A DNA stretch of 44,270 bases, from positions 1-44,270 of IMG/VR virus record IMGVR_UViG_3300024232_000022, one strand, 5' to 3'. Below are positions 17,436 through 25,797 of the stretch, piece by piece. Below the pieces are notes generated by a model. It did no database searches. It was not told where the DNA came from and worked only from the letters and a program-made list of their open reading frames with translations. Origin of the DNA: a virus. Its lineage: Duplodnaviria > Caudoviricetes. Position 1 is the first letter of the stretch. Every line of letters begins with the position of its first letter. The position numbers were made by a program, and so were the translations under genes.

Positions 17436-17902
17436 AACCCGTATTGCTGCTGGCGATGATACCCCTGGCGCTAATGGGCACGCTCACGCCCGAACCACGC
17501 TCCCCATGGACGGGCATCAAATACCCCGCGATTTCCACAATTGCTGCCCGCGCGGACGAAGTGAACACCTTCGAGGAACGTTGGTGGCCGGGCGATGGCT
17601 CATTCGCGCCGAACCCCCTCACATTCGAGCAGCGGTGGGAGCCGGTTGAGCAGGCGTGGGGCAGGCGGGTCAAGACCATCACGATCACCAAACCGCCCCC
17701 TGAGCCTTCCCAGGAGGCCGTGGCGGCTATCAATACTGCAGTACCGTTGCCGCAGGCGCGGCCGGGTCATGGAGAAAACTCTACCGAAAATCGGAATTTT
17801 CTTCCTAAGGCCAAACCACGGCCGACCCGGGTCGCCGACATCTGCGCCAAACACGGCATGCGCAAGGTCGAAACCGGGAGGACATGGCGGTGCAGGAAAT
17901 GA
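17432..17902 (+). CDS. Secreted or membrane-anchored Pro-rich protein
   Basis: Hydrophobic N-terminus; TFEERW / TFEQRW repeats; C-terminal DICAKHGMRKV...WRCRK. Confidence 0.65.
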   Translation: MKPVLLLAMIPLALMGTLTPEPRSPWTGIKYPAISTIAARADEVNTFEERWWPGDGSFAPNPLTFEQRWEPVEQAWGRRVKTITITKPPPEPSQEAVAAINTAVPLPQARPGHGENSTENRNFLPKAKPRPTRVADICAKHGMRKVETGRTWRCRK

Positions 17903-18069
17903 GCAGGCAGCGCAATAACCGCGGCGTCATGCTGCGCTTGCCGATCGATGTCGTGGCGCAGCTTCAAACAATCGCCGACCGGGAGGACCGCTCCCTGTCG
18001 GGCCAGATATTGCACATCGTGAAACGCTACTTCAAGGAACAGGAAAATGCAGGAAACGACGCAGGCTAA
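17899..18069 (+). CDS. Arc-like ribbon-helix-helix DNA-binding protein
   Basis: VMLRLP...LQTIADREDRSLSGQI signature. Confidence 0.85.
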   Translation: MSRQRNNRGVMLRLPIDVVAQLQTIADREDRSLSGQILHIVKRYFKEQENAGNDAG

Positions 18070-18394
18070 CGGCGGACTGACCGACGATCGCCTCGAGCGG
18101 GTGCGTGAAGGTATTAGGATACAGCAGGAGTTGGAGCACGATCGCGAAATGCTGAAACGGCGCCTGGACGACACGCTGCAGCGCTGTGCTTCCCTGCAGG
18201 CGGAACTTGGCGCTATGCAGGTCGCTCACGCCCGTGCCATGGGCGAAATCGAAAGTTACCGCCGCGAGCGCGATGAAGCCGTGGGAGGGCACGCGGAGGC
18301 GTTAGCCATACTCGCGGCGGCGGCGACGATCCTTACCCAGCAGGTCGACAAAAGCAAGGCGGCAGCCGGGGAGGCCGCCGCCGAGAAAGGCTAA
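18047..18394 (+). CDS. Coiled-coil hypothetical protein
   Basis: 115 aa with heptad pattern. Confidence 0.65.
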   Translation: MQETTQANGGLTDDRLERVREGIRIQQELEHDREMLKRRLDDTLQRCASLQAELGAMQVAHARAMGEIESYRRERDEAVGGHAEALAILAAAATILTQQVDKSKAAAGEAAAEKG

Positions 18395-18510
18395 CTGCAG
18401 GTCGTCGTGCAGGTGTTGGTGATCGGGTTGCAGCGCGTGACACAAGTCGTGCCTGCGATTGCTGCGCTAGCGATGGTTAGGATTGCAAGAGCAAGAAAAA
18501 GCCGGTTCAT
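18391..18510 (-). CDS. 39-aa secreted cysteine-rich peptide (below ORF-track cutoff)
   Basis: GGGAGG RBS; MNRLFLALAILTIASAAIA-GTTCVTRCNPITNTCTTTCS*. Confidence 0.7.
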   Translation of the reverse strand: MNRLFLALAILTIASAAIAGTTCVTRCNPITNTCTTTCS

Positions 18511-18529
18511 GGTGTCCTCCCGTTCGGCA

Positions 18530-18576
18530 TGATCGCCGTTCATACTGCCCGCATGGGGCAGCATGGGCTGCGATCA
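18530..18576 (-). promoter_or_regulatory. Long intergenic RNA hairpin ahead of the peptide gene
   Basis: UGAUCGC/GCGAUCA plus CAUGCUGCCC/GGGCAGUAUG stems separated by a 4x4 internal loop. Confidence 0.55.
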
Positions 18577-18861
18577 GGCCGCCACCTTCCCGGTGCGTGC
18601 CACGACACGTAACGTGCGCACCGGGGTGACGTTTGTGTGCGCTTGTATCCACTGGCGCGACAGGTGCTCGCGCACTGCCTTCATGTCTAAAGTTTCGCGT
18701 TCGCTTTCGCTGATGTTTAGCTTGTAGGCCAACCCTTCGTAAGCGCCGGGTGCAAGATCGTCGAGCGCTTGCTTCAGCACCTTGTAGCGGGCTTCCATCT
18801 CCTTGATCTGGTCGTTCAGGGTGCCCAGTGCGTCGATGGTGGTTTGCAAGTTCGAGGTCAT
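18574..18861 (-). CDS. Hypothetical phage protein
   Basis: AACGGAG RBS; IDALG.L..QIK...RETLDMKAVR pattern. Confidence 0.75.
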   Translation of the reverse strand: MTSNLQTTIDALGTLNDQIKEMEARYKVLKQALDDLAPGAYEGLAYKLNISESERETLDMKAVREHLSRQWIQAHTNVTPVRTLRVVARTGKVAA

Positions 18862-18891
18862 GGTCGTGTGCTCCGTTGGTGTGTGGGTAGG

Positions 18892-19068
18892 TCAGATGAC
18901 AATCAGCCGGTCGCCAAGGCCGGGGAACTTCTTACGCAGGGCTTCCTCGATCTGCTTGGGCGTGATCTTCGGCTTGGGTTCATTGCACTTGATGCAGCAC
19001 GGCGTGCCGTCGGCGAGCTTGCCGCCCCAAGTGTGATCGCAGTTGCTGGTGTTGGTCTGCTTGGTCAT
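18892..19068 (-). CDS. Small zinc-finger-like hypothetical protein
   Basis: AACGGAG RBS; CDHTW...CCIKC. Confidence 0.65.
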   Translation of the reverse strand: MTKQTNTSNCDHTWGGKLADGTPCCIKCNEPKPKITPKQIEEALRKKFPGLGDRLIVI

Positions 19069-19093
19069 TTGCTTGCTCCGTTGTTGATGACGC

Positions 19094-19159
19094 ACCTTAC
19101 AGCGGCCAAAATGGCCGGTCAAGGACTATTTTGACAAATTGGCCGATTTATTTTACAAG
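19094..19159. promoter_or_regulatory. Second divergent promoter pair with operator-like palindrome
   Basis: Minus strand TTGACC-17 nt-TAAGGT with CGGCCA-aaa-TGGCCG in the spacer; plus strand TTGACA followed by a TGGCCG half-site and an AT-rich -10 region. Confidence 0.65.
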
Positions 19160-19164
19160 GGCAA

Positions 19165-19446
19165 ATGACTGATACACAGCTAGATCAGAACGAAAGCTGG
19201 CAATGGGACCGCTCGATGTCTCCCGCCACATATAACCGCATCGTCAGGTCGTTCGGAATGAACCGCGCTGCCGCCGCACGCTACTTTGGCGTCTCAACCC
19301 GCACCGAACGCCGCTTCGCTAACGGTGAGGCCGACATCCCGCCCGCAATCGTCCTCCTGCTGCGCGCCCTTATCCATTACGGCGGACGCCCAGTCATTCC
19401 CCTCGCGCCGCGCTACGCTCGCGAAGCGCCTACAGCGCAACCCTGA
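19165..19446 (+). CDS. Short XRE-like HTH regulator
   Basis: MSPATY...GMNRAAAARYFGVSTRTERRFANGEADIP...LLRAL. Confidence 0.8.
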   Translation: MTDTQLDQNESWQWDRSMSPATYNRIVRSFGMNRAAAARYFGVSTRTERRFANGEADIPPAIVLLLRALIHYGGRPVIPLAPRYAREAPTAQP

Positions 19447-19487
19447 CTTGACGTAACGCCCGAAATCGGTGCAGGAATATGCAGGTT

Positions 19488-19517
19488 GGGGGGCCAGGGT
19501 GCCCCCCTCTGTCTTTT
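19488..19517 (+). terminator. Possible intrinsic terminator
   Basis: ggggggc-cagggt-gcccccc followed by tctgtctttt. Confidence 0.45.
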
Positions 19518-19529
19518 GCGCGAGGGCTC

Positions 19530-19715
19530 ATGGCATCCATGAAAATCGTCTCGCTGCTCGACAGCGAAATCAAAACCGCACGCCAGGTCATGATCCGCGA
19601 CTTCGAAACGTCGCTTCAAGAGGTGCGTAGCAATATCAATGAGTTACAACGTGCAGCTCACAAGCTGCGCGTCGATGTCGATGCGTTGATGGAAAACAGG
19701 GGTATCAACGGTTAA
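19530..19715 (+). CDS. Small coiled-coil hypothetical protein
   Basis: GAGGG RBS; abuts the next gene. Confidence 0.5.
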   Translation: MASMKIVSLLDSEIKTARQVMIRDFETSLQEVRSNINELQRAAHKLRVDVDALMENRGING

Positions 19716-19961
19716 GTGACGAAAGCACCGGCAAATTTACGGTCTTTGGCGCGTTCTCACACAGAAGCTGCGGTGCATCGCATCGCCGGCCTCGCAGAAG
19801 CTGCGACCAGCGAGAGCGTGCGCCTCGACGCGAATAAAGCGCTGCTCGATCGCGGTTGGGGCCGACCCAAGGAAACAACCGAAGTGACTGGCCCCGAGGG
19901 CGGTCCGCTCGAATTCATCGTCAGGCAAATCATGGAGGGGTCGAAGCCGCCTAGAAAATAA
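19716..19961 (+). CDS. terS: Terminase small subunit candidate
   Basis: LRSLARSHTEAA...ANKALLDRGWGRP...EVTGPEGGPL; immediately upstream of TerL. Confidence 0.65.
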   Translation: MTKAPANLRSLARSHTEAAVHRIAGLAEAATSESVRLDANKALLDRGWGRPKETTEVTGPEGGPLEFIVRQIMEGSKPPRK

Positions 19962-21331
19962 TGGAAATATACCTGCCGCATAATGAGTGGACGCCGCGCG
20001 TGCATCAAATGCCGCTGTGGAATTATCTGCGCGGCGGCGGCAAGCGCGCAATGGCGGTGTGGCACAGACGAGCCGGCAAAGACGAGATATGCCTGCACCA
20101 TACGGCAATCAGCGCCGTCGAGCGCGTCGGCAATTACGCGCATTGCCTGCCCGAGTTCGCCCAGGGCCGCAAGGCGATCTGGACCGCGGTTAATCCACAC
20201 ACCGGCGTGCGGCGCATTGACGAAGCCTTTCCGTTATCCATGCGATTAAATGTCGACGACCATGCGATGTTTATTCGATTTAAAACCGGCTCGACGTTTC
20301 AGGTGATCGGCAGTGATACTTACAACACGTCGTTGGTCGGCTCGAGCTACGCAGGAATAACGTTCAGCGAATTCGCATTATCCAATCCGAGTGTGTGGGC
20401 ATACGCGCGGCCGATGCTCGAGGAAAATGATGGCTGGGCAATATTTATTACCACACCGCGCGGTCGTAATCATGCGTTTGAAATGTTCAATTACGCGGCC
20501 AAAACAAAATCATGGTTCTGCGAACTATTAACCGCCAAAGATACCGATATGCTGTCCGACGAGACGCTCGCCGAGACGCTCGCAGAAATGCAATCGCTAT
20601 ACGGCGCCGATCAGGGTACGGCGAGCTACCGCCAAGAGTTGTTCTGCGACTGGACGGCGTCGGTGCTCGGCTCATTCTACGGCGGCCTGATGAAGGACGT
20701 GCGCGACGAAGGCCGCGTGCTCGAGATAGAGCCACCGTCCGGTACCCCCGTGAGCCGGGCGTGGGATCTGGGGGTCGGCCATAGCACCAGCATATGGTTC
20801 TTTGCCGTGGTCGGCCCGCAGGTTCACGTCTATGACCACTATGTGGCGTCAGGTGTCGGGTTCGAGCACTACCGCGATTACATCGAGCGCATCTACCAGG
20901 AGCGCGGTTGGACGCACGGCACCGACTGGGTGCCGCACGATGCCGCGGTGAAGGAGCTCGGCACCGGGCGTACCCGGGTCGAAACCATGAAGCAGCTCGG
21001 GCTGAACCCGCAGATGGCGCCGCATGCATCGCTCGATGACGGCATCAACGCGGTGCGCCGGACGTTGCCGCTGTGCGTGTTTCACCCGCGCTGCGATGAG
21101 GGCGACCTGCCCGGCATTGGCGGGCTCGAGCAGTATCGGCGCGAGTGGGACGATGAAAAAAAGACGTTCAAGCGTTCGGCGGTCGAGGACTGGACGACGG
21201 ATATCGCCGATAGTTTCCGTTACCTGAGCCTGTCCTGGCGTAAGGCACCGTTGCGCGCGGCGCCGACGCCGAAGGTGCAGGGCTGGGTGATCCCGCCGCC
21301 GGCGGACGATCGCAGGGGCATCCGGCTATGA
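19961..21331 (+). CDS. terL: Terminase large subunit
   Basis: Walker A WHRRAGKD, Walker B ITFSEFA, ITTPRG coupling motif, nuclease WDLG and D.ADSFRY. Confidence 0.95.
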   Translation: MEIYLPHNEWTPRVHQMPLWNYLRGGGKRAMAVWHRRAGKDEICLHHTAISAVERVGNYAHCLPEFAQGRKAIWTAVNPHTGVRRIDEAFPLSMRLNVDDHAMFIRFKTGSTFQVIGSDTYNTSLVGSSYAGITFSEFALSNPSVWAYARPMLEENDGWAIFITTPRGRNHAFEMFNYAAKTKSWFCELLTAKDTDMLSDETLAETLAEMQSLYGADQGTASYRQELFCDWTASVLGSFYGGLMKDVRDEGRVLEIEPPSGTPVSRAWDLGVGHSTSIWFFAVVGPQVHVYDHYVASGVGFEHYRDYIERIYQERGWTHGTDWVPHDAAVKELGTGRTRVETMKQLGLNPQMAPHASLDDGINAVRRTLPLCVFHPRCDEGDLPGIGGLEQYRREWDDEKKTFKRSAVEDWTTDIADSFRYLSLSWRKAPLRAAPTPKVQGWVIPPPADDRRGIRL

Positions 21332-21495
21332 CCAATGAACAGCGTGAACAATTTGAGCGTGACCTTGTTCGGCTGCATGATTTTGATGAAGAGACATTGA
21401 TTGAGGCGTTCAATACAGTGAACTTCCGGCCTCTGCTTGTTGAAGCGATCGATGTTATTCGGCGCACCAAGGTATTTGCGAAGGTGAGGGTGTGA
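21328..21495 (+). CDS. 55-aa hypothetical protein, lower GC (below ORF-track cutoff)
   Basis: ATGA-coupled to terL; stop overlaps the next start. Confidence 0.55.
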   Translation: MTNEQREQFERDLVRLHDFDEETLIEAFNTVNFRPLLVEAIDVIRRTKVFAKVRV

Positions 21496-21692
21496 TGGCA
21501 GAGCGTAAGACAGCGTTGACGTTCGAGGAAAAGATCACGGTAGCGTTCATGCACTACGTGCGCGACATCGATCAGCAGGATCTTGCGATGCTGTACGGCG
21601 TCAACGCGGGTCGTGTGAACGAAGCATGTCTTGCGGTGAAGCATGCGCTGCAGCTGCGCCCGGTCGCTGTCGAGAGGGATGCCAATGGCTGA
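21495..21692 (+). CDS. Small HTH protein
   Basis: LTFEEKI...IDQQDLAMLYGVNAGRVNE. Confidence 0.65.
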   Translation: MAERKTALTFEEKITVAFMHYVRDIDQQDLAMLYGVNAGRVNEACLAVKHALQLRPVAVERDANG

Positions 21693-24000
21693 CGCGACCG
21701 CACCGGCCGGCGACGACATCCGCCACGACGACCTCGAGTACGACGTCAAGCTCGAGCCGAAGAAGGCGACCGCCTGGCTCAACCTGCTCGAGGAGTCAGA
21801 GGACGCCTTTGAGGACTGGAACGACCACTGCGACAAGATCGACAAGCTCTACGCCAACCTGACGCGCCTTGCCTCCATGACGCGCGACAAGGAGTTCGCC
21901 ATGTTCTGGGCGAACATGGAAGTGGTGAAGCCAAGCATCTACGCCAAGGCGCCGGTTCCGGTCGTGGTGCCGAAGTTCAAGGACAGGCGCCCGGTCTACC
22001 AGGCCGCCAGCGAGGTCATGGAGCGCTGCGCGACGGTGGCGTTCGATCTGGCGCACATCAACGATCTGATGATGGCGATCCGTGACGATGTGGTTCTGAT
22101 CGGCCGCGGCGTGGCCTGGTGTCGCTACGAGAGCGGCAAGGGCGATAGCCACTACGACTACGAGAAGGTCTGTATCGACTACAAGGACAGAAGGGACTTC
22201 CTACATAGCATCAGCCGTAATTGGGCCGAGGTAACATGGGTTGCGGCGGCGAGCTATATGACGCGCGCCGAGGCACGCGAGCGCTTTAGGAAGTACAGCG
22301 GTGATTGCTACCAGGACGCCGACTACACGGTGAACCGCGAGAACAAGGAGATCGGTGGCGCGGACAACCGCGAGCGCGCCAAGTTCTGGGAGATCTGGGA
22401 CAAGGACAGCGAACGCTGCGTCTGGGTTGCCAAGGGCTGTGAGGACATTCTCGACGAAGACGATCGGCACCTCGAGCTGCAGGACTGCTTCCCATGCCCA
22501 AAGCCGGCCTACGGCACGCTGCAGCGCGGCAGCCTGGTGCCGGTACCGGACGTCATGCAGTACCGCGACCAACTCGACGAGCTGAACACGCTCACCGGGC
22601 GCATCCACGCACTGAGCGATGCGCTCGAGGTCAAGGGGTTCTATCCGGCCGGCGGCGCTGAGATTGCCGACGCGGTGCAGACCGCAATATCGATCAAGAC
22701 GCCGGGCCGGGTGCTGGTTCCGATCAGCAATTGGGCGGCGTTCGGCGGCAGCAAGGAAGTGATCATCTGGTTGCCGATCGACATGATCGCGACCACGATC
22801 ACGGCGCTGGTGGCGATCCGCAAACAGGTGATCGAGGACATCTACCAGATCACCGGCTTGTCCGACATCATGCGCGGGGCGTCTGACGCGCGCGAGACGC
22901 TCGGCGCGCAGCAGCTCAAGAGCCAGTTCGGTTCGAGCCGTATTCGCGACAAGCAGTATGAGTTGATCCGCATCGCGCGCGACCTGGTGCGCATCACGGC
23001 CGAGATCATCACCGAGAAGTTCGACCCGGTGACGATCATCGAGATGAGCCAGACGCAGTTGCCTACCTCCAAGATGGTGCAGCAGCAGGTCGCCCAACTG
23101 ATGCAGCAAGTTGGTCAGCAGCAGCAGGCGTTGCAGCTGATGCAGCAGCAGATCCAGCAGAACCCGCAGGCGCAGCAGAAGGTCGCCAGCGATCCTGACA
23201 TTCAGTCGAAGATGCAGCAGTTGATGCAGGTGGTGCAGTCGGGCCAGGACGCGATACGCAAGATCCAGGAGAAGCCGACGATCGAGCAGGTGCTTTATCT
23301 GTTCAAGGACAGCCGCGCCAAGGCGTTCGTGCTCGACGTCGAGACAGACAGCACGGTCATGATTGACGAGAACGCCGAGAAGCAGCGGCGCGGCGAGTTC
23401 GTCGGCATGCTGGCGCAATTGCTGCCCCAGCTCGCGCAGATGATCGCCACCGAACCGCAGACTGCGCCGTTCTGCGGCGAGGTGCTCAAGTTCAGCGTCG
23501 CGCCGTACCGTTCCGGGCGCAGCATGGATGGCGCGATCGACGAGCTGGTGGAGTTGATGAAGCAGAAGGGCGAGCAGCCGCGCGGCGACGATCCGACGAC
23601 GCTGCAGGCGAAGACGGCGAAAGAGATCGAGCAGATGAAGATCGCGCACCTGAAGGAAAAGGATCAGCTCGACGTGCAGGTGAAGCAGGCCGAGATGCAG
23701 ATGCGCGACCGCCACGAGGCGATGAAGATCCAGTCAAACGAGAAGATCAAGATGGCCGACATCATGGCGAAGAACCGCGATGACCAGGCCAAGACGCAGC
23801 GCGAGAACGCCAAGGCGATGATCGACCGTGAGCAGCACCAGATGAGCCTGGTGGAGACAGACGCCAAGATGCGTGCGGATGCGCAGAAGGCGCAGCTGGG
23901 CATGCAGGCGCAGCAGGCGAAGATGGCTGACGCCGCGGCGCGGGCGGACGAGCGGCGTGCGATGCAGCAGTTCAAGCCGATCCAGGGGGTGCCGCGCTGA
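21685..24000 (+). CDS. Portal protein with Gln-rich insert and long C-terminal coiled coil
   Basis: About 770 aa after the terminase; IYQITGLSDIMRG...ETLGAQQLK motif; helical barrel-like tail. Confidence 0.88.
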   Translation: MADATAPAGDDIRHDDLEYDVKLEPKKATAWLNLLEESEDAFEDWNDHCDKIDKLYANLTRLASMTRDKEFAMFWANMEVVKPSIYAKAPVPVVVPKFKDRRPVYQAASEVMERCATVAFDLAHINDLMMAIRDDVVLIGRGVAWCRYESGKGDSHYDYEKVCIDYKDRRDFLHSISRNWAEVTWVAAASYMTRAEARERFRKYSGDCYQDADYTVNRENKEIGGADNRERAKFWEIWDKDSERCVWVAKGCEDILDEDDRHLELQDCFPCPKPAYGTLQRGSLVPVPDVMQYRDQLDELNTLTGRIHALSDALEVKGFYPAGGAEIADAVQTAISIKTPGRVLVPISNWAAFGGSKEVIIWLPIDMIATTITALVAIRKQVIEDIYQITGLSDIMRGASDARETLGAQQLKSQFGSSRIRDKQYELIRIARDLVRITAEIITEKFDPVTIIEMSQTQLPTSKMVQQQVAQLMQQVGQQQQALQLMQQQIQQNPQAQQKVASDPDIQSKMQQLMQVVQSGQDAIRKIQEKPTIEQVLYLFKDSRAKAFVLDVETDSTVMIDENAEKQRRGEFVGMLAQLLPQLAQMIATEPQTAPFCGEVLKFSVAPYRSGRSMDGAIDELVELMKQKGEQPRGDDPTTLQAKTAKEIEQMKIAHLKEKDQLDVQVKQAEMQMRDRHEAMKIQSNEKIKMADIMAKNRDDQAKTQRENAKAMIDREQHQMSLVETDAKMRADAQKAQLGMQAQQAKMADAAARADERRAMQQFKPIQGVPR

Positions 24001-24098
24001 TGGCGTATCGCATCGACCACACCGTCATTTATGCGCTGCTCGCGCTGGCGGTGGTGTGTGCGGTGATCCTGTTCGTGTTCAATCAGGGTGCGCACTGA
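24000..24098 (+). CDS. 32-aa single-TM peptide (below ORF-track cutoff)
   Basis: MAYRIDHTVIYALLALAVVCAVILFVFNQGAH; TGATG overlaps at both ends. Confidence 0.55.
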   Translation: MAYRIDHTVIYALLALAVVCAVILFVFNQGAH

Positions 24099-24448
24099 TG
24101 GCAAATTGGTTTACTGACAAGATGTACGACCTCGCAGCTTCGCCGCGCGGCGGTGAGGGAGCGTGGAACGAGCTTGCCGCGCAGGATGCAATGTCGCCGG
24201 CGACGCGCGCGAGTTACTACGCCGGGTCGGAGATGCCGAAAGACCTGCGTGCGCAAGGGTGGGCCGGTATGGGCAGCACCATGGCGTTGCCAGACCCCCG
24301 CATGCAGGGTTGGCAGCCTAAGCCAAATACGTTCGACGAGCGGTTCGCTCCGATGGGTGCGATCGCTGCGCAGGATAGCTTGCCTGACAGTCCGTTCGAG
24401 CGGGCGGCAATGCGTACAGTGCGGCGTTATCGAAAGGGCGCGCCATGA
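24098..24448 (+). CDS. Hypothetical protein
   Basis: Coupled start MANWFTDK; 3' end overlaps the antisense HNH gene. Confidence 0.6.
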   Translation: MANWFTDKMYDLAASPRGGEGAWNELAAQDAMSPATRASYYAGSEMPKDLRAQGWAGMGSTMALPDPRMQGWQPKPNTFDERFAPMGAIAAQDSLPDSPFERAAMRTVRRYRKGAP

Positions 24449-24957
24449 CGCTTGAACGGACGCCGGTTTTTGTTCTGTTCCGAGTAGGTTGCCCATTTGC
24501 AATTGTCGGGCGAATAACCTCGTTCGTTATCGATGCGTTCAAGTGTAAGGCCAGGCGGCTTCTCGCCCATGTCCGCGAGAAAGTTTTCAAAGCTGTGCAG
24601 CCAGCGGTCACAAACAGTAATGCCGCGGGCGGCGTAGTTAAGGAAATCCTTCTTGCGGTTCGGGTTGTAGCAGCGCGTTTTCATGTCCGACCATGCGCGA
24701 AACGTAGTGCTCCAGCCGCCGGACGTATGCCCGTGGGTGCGGCTATGTTGTCGAGCTACTTCTTGCAAAAGGCACCCACACGAGCGTGTGTTGCCACTTC
24801 GCAAATCGCTGGTACTGACGCTTGTTTCAGTGCCGCATTCACAACGGCATTTCCAGTGAACGATAACGATACGCGGCGAGCGTCTATGTCGATGAGAGAT
24901 ACCAAGTACGGTCAATCGGCCGTACTGCTGGCCTGTGATATCATTCAATTTGGGCAT
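24427..24957 (-). CDS. HNH-family endonuclease, antisense to the late operon
   Basis: DITGQQYGRLTV...WKCRCECG...SCGC and GITVCDRW...FLADMGEKP...TLERIDNERGYSPDNCKWAT..EQ..N motifs; GGAG RBS. Confidence 0.9.
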   Translation of the reverse strand: MPKLNDITGQQYGRLTVLGISHRHRRSPRIVIVHWKCRCECGTETSVSTSDLRSGNTRSCGCLLQEVARQHSRTHGHTSGGWSTTFRAWSDMKTRCYNPNRKKDFLNYAARGITVCDRWLHSFENFLADMGEKPPGLTLERIDNERGYSPDNCKWATYSEQNKNRRPFKRHGAPFR

Positions 24958-24987
24958 CGCGCCGGCTCCACGGTTCGAGGTCAAGTG

Positions 24988-25015
24988 ACGGCCAGACCCT
25001 GCAAGGTCTGGCCGT
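24988..25015. promoter_or_regulatory. Perfect 11-bp hairpin at the upstream edge of the HNH gene
   Basis: acggccagacc-ctgcaa-ggtctggccgt. Confidence 0.6.
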
Positions 25016-25050
25016 TGCGCTTAGCGTAGCACGAACAAAGGAGCTAGAAC

Positions 25051-25797
25051 ATGAGCCAGTCCGCACTCACCGTCACGACGCCCAACCCGACGCCGCCGAC
25101 GAACATGTCCTTTACTGGAGCTACACCCCCGAACGTCCCCAATTATACAAAGAATACTTACAACGACCCGAAGAACTGGTCGTATGTGAACCCGAAGGAC
25201 TTCCCGCCGCCCTACTTTGCCGGCGGCGCGGCGGGTGCGCTGCACACCTACGCCACCAACACGGCGGCGCTGGCGAGCGGCAGTGCGACTACGGCCGGCG
25301 GAACCGAGGGAAACTACGGTGCGATCGGCGTTGCCGTTCCAGCCAGCACCAGCGTGGCGCACGAGGGTGCCGGCACCGAGACGCGCGTGCTCGCGCCGGG
25401 CAACATCAATTATACCTATGTGCCTTCGGGCACGCTTGATATGTCGCAGAGTGTTTCCTGCGGGCCGGTTGCGACGCAGGCCACGCGCGATGCCGGGCCG
25501 AATGCCAGTCACGCCAGCACGTTGTCGGGCTCCGCTATCCCGACGACATCGGCGGCGAGCGGCGCGAGCAACGTCTCGGGCGCCGGCACGACACTGCTGA
25601 CCGTGACGGGCACCAACTTCAACCGCTCGAGTGTCGTTTACATCAGCGGTGTCGCTCAGACGACGAACTACGTGAGCGCGACATCGTTGACGGTGACCAA
25701 CGCGCAGAAGCGGGCCACGGCTGGCACCCTGCCGGTCACGGTCGTCAACGGCGCGGGTGGTACCCCGAGCAACGCAACCAACTGGACATTCACATGA
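25051..25797 (+). CDS. Virion structural protein with C-terminal IPT/TIG (Ig-like) domain
   Basis: LTVTGTNF...TNYVSATSLT...VTVVN...SNATNWTFT; AAGGAG RBS. Confidence 0.75.
   Translation: MSQSALTVTTPNPTPPTNMSFTGATPPNVPNYTKNTYNDPKNWSYVNPKDFPPPYFAGGAAGALHTYATNTAALASGSATTAGGTEGNYGAIGVAVPASTSVAHEGAGTETRVLAPGNINYTYVPSGTLDMSQSVSCGPVATQATRDAGPNASHASTLSGSAIPTTSAASGASNVSGAGTTLLTVTGTNFNRSSVVYISGVAQTTNYVSATSLTVTNAQKRATAGTLPVTVVNGAGGTPSNATNWTFT

Noticed and set aside
19723-19736. 14-bp match AAGCACCGGCAAAT to the minus strand of the 8.9-kb promoter spacer
   Set aside because: Single match within coding sequence; chance cannot be excluded and there is no other support.
22201-23715. Long minus-strand ORFs (also 32298-33860, 33496-35097, 39211-40284, 41147-42574, 941-1921)
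   Set aside because: Antisense shadows of GC3-biased genes; no motifs, and they fully overlap well-supported plus-strand genes.
24445-25029. 194-aa plus-strand ORF over the HNH gene
   Set aside because: Antisense to a gene with clear HNH motifs; no recognisable features.
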